Assembly (NCBI GenBank): GCA_044346555.1
Contig: JBIIYZ010000004.1
Coordinates: 6,361-70,360, forward strand
Direction of reading: 5' to 3'
Length of the DNA: 64,000 bases
DNA from: Candidatus Planktophila sp.
GTDB lineage: Bacteria > Actinomycetota > Actinomycetes > Nanopelagicales > Nanopelagicaceae
Shown here: piece after piece, positions 58,647 to 64,000 of the stretch
Numbering within the stretch: position 1 is the stretch's first letter
Layout: each line of letters opens with the position of its first letter
Notes under the pieces: generated by a model
What the model was told of the DNA's origin: nothing
Databases searched by the model: none
What the model saw: the letters and a program-made list of their open reading frames with translations, nothing else
Position numbers and translations under genes: made by a program

Positions 58647-60361
58647 AACGTGTCCTGATTGCTAATCGTGGTGAAATTGCAGTTCGAATAATTCGTGCGT
58701 GCGCCGACCATGGGATCGAGAGTGTTGCGGTCTACTCTGAAACTGATCGTGATTCGATGCACGCGCAAATGGCAGATTCGGCGTATTCGCTAACTGGCAC
58801 AACAGCGGCTCAGACCTATTTAAATATTGCGAAGTTGATTGCGATTGCTAAACAATCTGGCGCTGATGCAGTTCACCCTGGGTATGGTTTTCTCTCCGAG
58901 AATGCTGACTTTGCACAAGCCGTAATCGATGCTGGCTTAGTTTGGATCGGTCCCCCGCCAGCAGCAATTAAAGCCCTGGGCGATAAAGTTTCAGCTCGCA
59001 AGATTGCCGCCAAAGCTGGCGCACCACTTGTCGCCGGAACTGCTGACCCAGTTGATAGTCACGATGAAATTATCACTTTTGCAAAAGAACATGGTCTGCC
59101 AGTTGCAATCAAGGCTGCACATGGTGGTGGTGGACGTGGCTTAAAGATTGCGTTCACAATGGCGGAAATTCCGGAAGCTTTTGCGTCCGCAGTACGTGAA
59201 GCCATTACTGGCTTTGGCCGTGGCGAATGCTTTGTCGAGCGTTATTTAGATAAGCCGCGTCACGTTGAGACCCAAGTATTAGTAGATAAATTCGGTAATG
59301 CAGCAGTAATTAGCACTCGAGATTGTTCGCTACAGCGTCGCCATCAGAAATTAGTTGAAGAAGCTCCTGCCCCATTCTTAACCGATGCGCAAAATGAAGA
59401 GCTCTACCGGGCATCAAAAGCCATTATGAAAGAAGCTGGTTATGTTGGCGCCGGAACCTGCGAATTCTTAATTGGAGTCGATGGCACCATTTCGTTCCTA
59501 GAAGTAAATACCCGCTTACAAGTAGAGCATCCGGTTAGCGAAGAGGTAACTGGAATTGATTTAGTTCGCGAGCAATTCCGCATCGCCATGGGCGAAGAAC
59601 TTGGATACAGCGATCCAGTGATTCGTGGTCATTCGATTGAGTTTCGAATTAATGGCGAAGATCCTGGTCGTTCTTTCTTACCTGCTCCTGGTCGAATCAC
59701 CAAGATGTCATTACCGACTGGCCCGGGAGTACGAGTTGACACTGGTTTTCGAACTGGCGATGCCATCACTGGAAACTTTGATTCATTACTAGCTAAATTA
59801 ATTGTCACAGGCGCTACCCGCGAACAAGCAATAACCAGAGCTCGTCGCGCAATTGCCGAATTCACGATTGAAGGAATGGCAACCGCGCTTCCATTCCACC
59901 AAGCGATTTTGCAAGATCCCGCTTTCACTGATGAATTTAAGATCTACACCAGCTATATCGAGAAAGAATTTAAGAACGAGATTCCAGAATTTAAGATACT
60001 GCCACTGGAAGCGCAAACCAAAGCTGCTGCTGATCATTTAGTTGCAGAAATTAATGGCAAGCGCTTTGAGATTTTGGTCCATGCGCCAGAACCTGTAGTT
60101 AAGCGTCATCGCGCCAAGGATGCGCTAGCTGGCGGATCTGGTGGCGTAGGTTTGACTAGTCCGATGCAGGGCACCGTCGTAAAAGTTGCGGTAGCCCAAG
60201 GTCAAATCGTTGAACAAGGTGATCTAGTGATAGTTCTTGAGGCCATGAAGATGGAGCAGCCGTTAATGGCTCACCGCTCTGGTGTGATCGCTAATTTAAC
60301 TGCGGTAATTGGCGAGAGCGTTACTAGTGGCACCGTGCTCTGTGACATTATTGAGGCATGA
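58643..60361 (+). CDS. bccA: Acyl-CoA carboxylase alpha subunit (biotin carboxylase plus BCCP)
   Basis: [35 protein letters not shown], biotinyl motif EAMKME. Confidence 0.95.
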   Translation: MKRVLIANRGEIAVRIIRACADHGIESVAVYSETDRDSMHAQMADSAYSLTGTTAAQTYLNIAKLIAIAKQSGADAVHPGYGFLSENADFAQAVIDAGLVWIGPPPAAIKALGDKVSARKIAAKAGAPLVAGTADPVDSHDEIITFAKEHGLPVAIKAAHGGGGRGLKIAFTMAEIPEAFASAVREAITGFGRGECFVERYLDKPRHVETQVLVDKFGNAAVISTRDCSLQRRHQKLVEEAPAPFLTDAQNEELYRASKAIMKEAGYVGAGTCEFLIGVDGTISFLEVNTRLQVEHPVSEEVTGIDLVREQFRIAMGEELGYSDPVIRGHSIEFRINGEDPGRSFLPAPGRITKMSLPTGPGVRVDTGFRTGDAITGNFDSLLAKLIVTGATREQAITRARRAIAEFTIEGMATALPFHQAILQDPAFTDEFKIYTSYIEKEFKNEIPEFKILPLEAQTKAAADHLVAEINGKRFEILVHAPEPVVKRHRAKDALAGGSGGVGLTSPMQGTVVKVAVAQGQIVEQGDLVIVLEAMKMEQPLMAHRSGVIANLTAVIGESVTSGTVLCDIIEA

Positions 60362-61167
60362 GCCAACCACTAGTTAACGCTGAATCTGCCGCTGCTGAAA
60401 TCGCAAAACGGTCAGGTGTTCCCGCCCACGATGTCGCTTTAGTAATGGGTTCAGGTTGGGTAAGCGCAACTGATGCTCTCGGAACCCCTAAGTTTGAATG
60501 TGATGCGCATGAACTTCCAGGATTCTTACCACCTGCAGTTGAAGGTCATTCAGGAAAAGTTCGTTCATATGAAATTACCGAAAACGGAAAAACAGTTCGA
60601 GTTCTAGTTTTTCTTGGCCGCACTCACCTTTACGAAGGTAAAGGAATGGAACCAGTTGTTCATGGCGTTCGCACTGCAGTTAAAGCCGGCTGCAAAGTTG
60701 TGGTTCTAACAAATGCTTGCGGTGGTATCAATACCAACTACAAAGTAGGTCAACCAGTTTTGATTCGCGACCACATTTCGCTAACTGCGGCTTCACCACT
60801 TGAAGGTGCCAACTTTGTAGATTTAACAGATCTTTATAGCAAGCGAATTCGTGCCATTGTTAAGAGTGAAGATGGCTCTTTGGCTGAAGGTGTTTACGTA
60901 CACTGGCGTGGTCCAACTTATGAAACTCCAGCTGAGATTTTGATGATGCGCGGAATGGGTGCGGACTTAGTTGGCATGTCTACTGTGCCTGAGGCTATTG
61001 CCGCTCATGCTCTGGGGGCTGAAGTGCTCGGCATTTCCTTGGTTACTAACGCAGCCGCAGGTGTAACTGGTGAGAAGTTAAACCATGAGGAAGTAATTGC
61101 CGCCGGCAAAGCAGCAGCAGATCGCATGGGCAAGTTGCTAAAAAACGTAATCCCAAAGTTAATTTAA
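60358..61167 (+). CDS. punA: Purine nucleoside phosphorylase (trimeric type)
   Basis: [43 protein letters not shown]. Confidence 0.95.
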   Translation: MSQPLVNAESAAAEIAKRSGVPAHDVALVMGSGWVSATDALGTPKFECDAHELPGFLPPAVEGHSGKVRSYEITENGKTVRVLVFLGRTHLYEGKGMEPVVHGVRTAVKAGCKVVVLTNACGGINTNYKVGQPVLIRDHISLTAASPLEGANFVDLTDLYSKRIRAIVKSEDGSLAEGVYVHWRGPTYETPAEILMMRGMGADLVGMSTVPEAIAAHALGAEVLGISLVTNAAAGVTGEKLNHEEVIAAGKAAADRMGKLLKNVIPKLI

Positions 61168-61176
61168 TCTAGGCAC

Positions 61177-62799
61177 ATGGATCAAAAATTAGCTGCTGAA
61201 GTTTCAGCCTGGATTGCTGATGATCCAGATCCTAAAACTGCAGCGCAATTACAATCCTTGCTAGATGCTGAAAACGAAGTAGAACTTCGTAAATACTTCA
61301 GTGGCTTTTTACAATTCGGAACTGCTGGATTACGTGGCCCAATTGGCCCCGGACCTTCTTGTATGAACAATGCGGTAGTTGGTCGTACTGCCGCTGGTCT
61401 GGTTGCTTATATGAAAGAACGCGGTTTAAAGAGCGTAGTAATTGGTCGCGATGCGCGCCATGGTTCTGAGGATTTCACCCAAACTAGTGCCGAGATCTTT
61501 AGTGGTGCTGGAATGCAGGTTTATGTTCTGCCTCGCCCGCTGCCAACGCCTGTTTTAGCTTTTGCAGTTAATGAATTAGGCGTAGATGTTGGCGTTATGG
61601 TCACTGCTAGCCATAACCCGCCCCAAGATAACGGTTACAAGGTCTACTTAGGTGGCACAGTCGATGGCATTGAATATCGCGGTAGCCAGATTATTACGCC
61701 AACCGACAAATCAATTTCAAATCAGATCGATTCAATCACTTCGCTGAAATCCCAACCACGCGGATCCAACTGGGAAGTATTAAGTGAAGAGATTGTTCAT
61801 AAGTACACATCTCGTACCGCGCTCCTAGGTCCAAGACCGGCTGATCTAAAAATTGTTTATACCGCCATGCATGGTGTGGGTACCAAAACACTACAACGCG
61901 TCTTTCATAAGGCCGGTTTTGCCTCTTTGATTTTAGTTGATGCCCAAGCTGAGCCAGACCCAAACTTTCCAACTGTGGCATTTCCTAATCCCGAGGAACC
62001 AGGTGCCATTGATCTAGCTCTGGAAACTGCTAAAGCATTTGATGCTGATTTAGTAATTGCAAATGATCCTGATGCTGATCGCTGTGCTGCCGCCATAAAG
62101 GATCCGAAAACTGGCTGGCGCATGTTGCGCGGTGATGAACTCGGTGTGGTTCTAGGTGAGTCAATTGCCCGCAATACCAAAGCTGGAATATTGGCAAACT
62201 CAATTGTGTCATCATCTGTTTTGAGTAAGATTGCCAAGCATTACAACTTAGATTTCTCTGAAACGTTAACTGGATTTAAGTATTTAGCGAAGATTCCAAA
62301 CTTAACTTTTGGCTACGAAGAGGCACTTGGTTACTGCGTAGATGCCCAAACCGTAAACGATAAAGACGGCTTATCTGCGGCCCTAATGTTGGCTCAGATT
62401 GCCGTAGATTTAAAGCGTCAAGATAAAACAATTCTTGATTTGCTTAATGAAGTCTGGGCTCGCCATGGTTTTCATGGAACTGAACAAATCTCAATTCGGG
62501 TCAATCAACTAAGTGATGTGACTAAGTTGATGAGCGGCCTGCGGGCTAATCCACCACAAGTAATTTCCGGCCGGTTAGTTGAAAGCATTGATGATTTAGA
62601 AAAACCAAATAGAGATTTACCGCCAACTGATGGACTGCGAATTTGGCTAGCTGGTGGAATTCGGATAATTATTCGCCCAAGCGGCACCGAGGCAAAAATG
62701 AAGTGCTACGTCGAAGTAATAGCCCCAGATTCGACGAGTGCCCAAATTGTCCTCGATGAACTAAGATCACCTTTGCTGGCTTTACTCTCACTTAATTAG
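61177..62799 (+). CDS. Phospho-sugar mutase (PGM2-like; plausible phosphopentomutase from context)
   Basis: FGTAGLRG, TASHNP, DPDADR, GYEEALG, RPSGTE.KMKCY. Confidence 0.9.
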   Translation: MDQKLAAEVSAWIADDPDPKTAAQLQSLLDAENEVELRKYFSGFLQFGTAGLRGPIGPGPSCMNNAVVGRTAAGLVAYMKERGLKSVVIGRDARHGSEDFTQTSAEIFSGAGMQVYVLPRPLPTPVLAFAVNELGVDVGVMVTASHNPPQDNGYKVYLGGTVDGIEYRGSQIITPTDKSISNQIDSITSLKSQPRGSNWEVLSEEIVHKYTSRTALLGPRPADLKIVYTAMHGVGTKTLQRVFHKAGFASLILVDAQAEPDPNFPTVAFPNPEEPGAIDLALETAKAFDADLVIANDPDADRCAAAIKDPKTGWRMLRGDELGVVLGESIARNTKAGILANSIVSSSVLSKIAKHYNLDFSETLTGFKYLAKIPNLTFGYEEALGYCVDAQTVNDKDGLSAALMLAQIAVDLKRQDKTILDLLNEVWARHGFHGTEQISIRVNQLSDVTKLMSGLRANPPQVISGRLVESIDDLEKPNRDLPPTDGLRIWLAGGIRIIIRPSGTEAKMKCYVEVIAPDSTSAQIVLDELRSPLLALLSLN

Positions 62800-62817
62800 C
62801 GCTGAAAGGCGGGTCCT

Positions 62818-63765
62818 ATGAGCTTCTATGGCCTCGTCGATGGCAGTGATTCTTCGCTTCGCAACTATTTAAAACAACTTCCTGGTGTTGACCAAGTGGG
62901 CGCTGAAGCCCGCGCCGCTATGTTGGCAACTCGCAGTATCAAAACCACGAGCAAAGCCTGGGCAATTGATACGGCGATCTCAATGGTTGATTTAACAACT
63001 CTCGAAGGCGCCGATACTCCAGGCAAAGTGCAAGCGCTTTGTTCTAAAGCTTTTCGGCCCGACCCAACTGATTCTTCAGTTCCTCATGTTGGCGCGGTCT
63101 GTGTTTACAACGACATGGTTGGAATCGCTCGACAACATTTAGATTCAATTGGCGCACATGAACTTCCGGTAGCTGCGGTTTCAACCGCATTTCCATCAGG
63201 ACGCGCATCTATGGCAGTTAAGTTACAAGATACCGAAGATGCCATCGTTGCTGGAGCTGCTGAAATTGATATGGTAATTGATCGTGGTGCTTTCTTAAGT
63301 GGACGTTTGATTGAAGTTTTTGAAGAGATCGTGACAATCCGTGAAGTCTGTGGTGATCGCGCGCACCTAAAAGTAATTCTGGAAACGGGCGAGTTAGTCA
63401 CTTTAGATAATGTTCGTAAAGCTTCTTACTTGGCCATGCTGGCTGGTGCCGATTTTATTAAGACTTCAACTGGCAAGGTTGCACCCGCTGCAACTGCCCC
63501 GGTCGTGCTAGTAATGCTCGAAGCAGTTCGTGACTTTTATGATCTAACTAAAGTGCGCATTGGCGTAAAACCAGCGGGCGGAATTCGCACAACAAAAGAT
63601 GCCATCAAGCAACTAGTCCTGGTAAATGAAACAGCCGGGCCAGATTGGCTCAATCCTTCACTATTTCGCATTGGTGCCAGCGCCTTGCTAAATGATCTGC
63701 TTATGCAACGCATGAAAATGTCCGATGGCTATTACGCTAGCCCTAACTACGTAACGATCGACTAA
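62818..63765 (+). CDS. deoC: Deoxyribose-phosphate aldolase
   Basis: DLTTLEGADT, AEIDMVI, KVILETGEL, DFIKTSTGK (Schiff Lys), KPAGGIR, FRIGAS. Confidence 0.95.
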   Translation: MSFYGLVDGSDSSLRNYLKQLPGVDQVGAEARAAMLATRSIKTTSKAWAIDTAISMVDLTTLEGADTPGKVQALCSKAFRPDPTDSSVPHVGAVCVYNDMVGIARQHLDSIGAHELPVAAVSTAFPSGRASMAVKLQDTEDAIVAGAAEIDMVIDRGAFLSGRLIEVFEEIVTIREVCGDRAHLKVILETGELVTLDNVRKASYLAMLAGADFIKTSTGKVAPAATAPVVLVMLEAVRDFYDLTKVRIGVKPAGGIRTTKDAIKQLVLVNETAGPDWLNPSLFRIGASALLNDLLMQRMKMSDGYYASPNYVTID

Positions 63766-63778
63766 CGAGGCTAATCAA

Positions 63779-64000
63779 ATGAACTTCGAATACGCAGCAG
63801 CTCCCGAATCACGTTCGGTAGTAAAAATCGATCCCGAATATGGGCATTTCATTAATGGCAAGTGGATCAACGGATCATCACATTTAAACTCCATCAACCC
63901 AGCAACTGAGGAGGTCTTGAGTCGTATCGCACTGGGCACGGCTGCCGATGTCGATGCTGCCGTGAAAGCAGCCCGCAACGCCTTCGATAAGAGCTGGTCT
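63779..64000 (+). CDS. Aldehyde dehydrogenase, N-terminal fragment (runs off window; not in track)
   Basis: Hand translation MNFEYAAAPESRSVVKIDPEYGHFINGKW...INPATEEVL...DVDAAVKAARNAF; GAGG SD; follows deoC. Confidence 0.88.
   Translation, partial: MNFEYAAAPESRSVVKIDPEYGHFINGKWINGSSHLNSINPATEEVLSRIALGTAADVDAAVKAARNAFDKSWS

Noticed and set aside
1461-63978. Dozens of 60-165 aa track ORFs antisense or out-of-frame within real genes (e.g. 1461..1793, 2814..3314, 45960..46505, 63775..63978)
   Set aside because: They overlap well-supported genes entirely, have no family motifs, and show typical shadow-ORF composition
1-64000. CRISPR arrays, IS elements, prophage, toxin-antitoxin or restriction/defence loci
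   Set aside because: No spaced repeats, terminal inverted repeats, transposase, integrase, phage or nuclease motifs seen; essentially all bases are covered by core genes

Overview
A 64-kb core-genome segment of a streamlined, low-GC actinobacterium. Three hand-counted 60-nt lines gave about 40-42% GC, intergenic gaps are tiny, and signature genes include whiB x2, mtrAB, pdtaS, mshB, Rv3235, DUF3117 and DUF3499. An acI/Ca. Nanopelagicales-like freshwater lineage is my inference. About 70 CDS and one tRNA-Arg(CCG) tile the window almost completely, covering sulfur/redox repair, secA-mtrAB-ahcY, cell-envelope glycosylation, DAP/lysine, mycothiol, tatB-htrA, purEK, acyl-CoA carboxylase and nucleoside catabolism. 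I found no CRISPR, IS, integrase, prophage or defence system, and no clear-cut new multi-gene system. The best leads are small: (1) a nested long-hairpin RNA that fills the ahcY leader and covers part of its SD, in front of a short, cyanobacterial/archaeal-type AhcY; (2) a leaderless-promoter signature (TANNNT-N6-8-start) at 17 genes, including back-to-back pairs in about 30-50 bp; (3) dapC with no ATG/GTG/TTG start, probably ATA, while dapE is missing from its usual slot; (4) a stand-alone 66-aa sigma-70 region-4 protein; (5) degenerate ParA and CpaB/P-loop proteins; (6) an unlisted 49-aa membrane peptide; (7) several apparent deletions or relocations relative to usual actinobacterial gene order. 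All family names come from motif recognition, with no database search. Several start codons were corrected relative to the ORF track.
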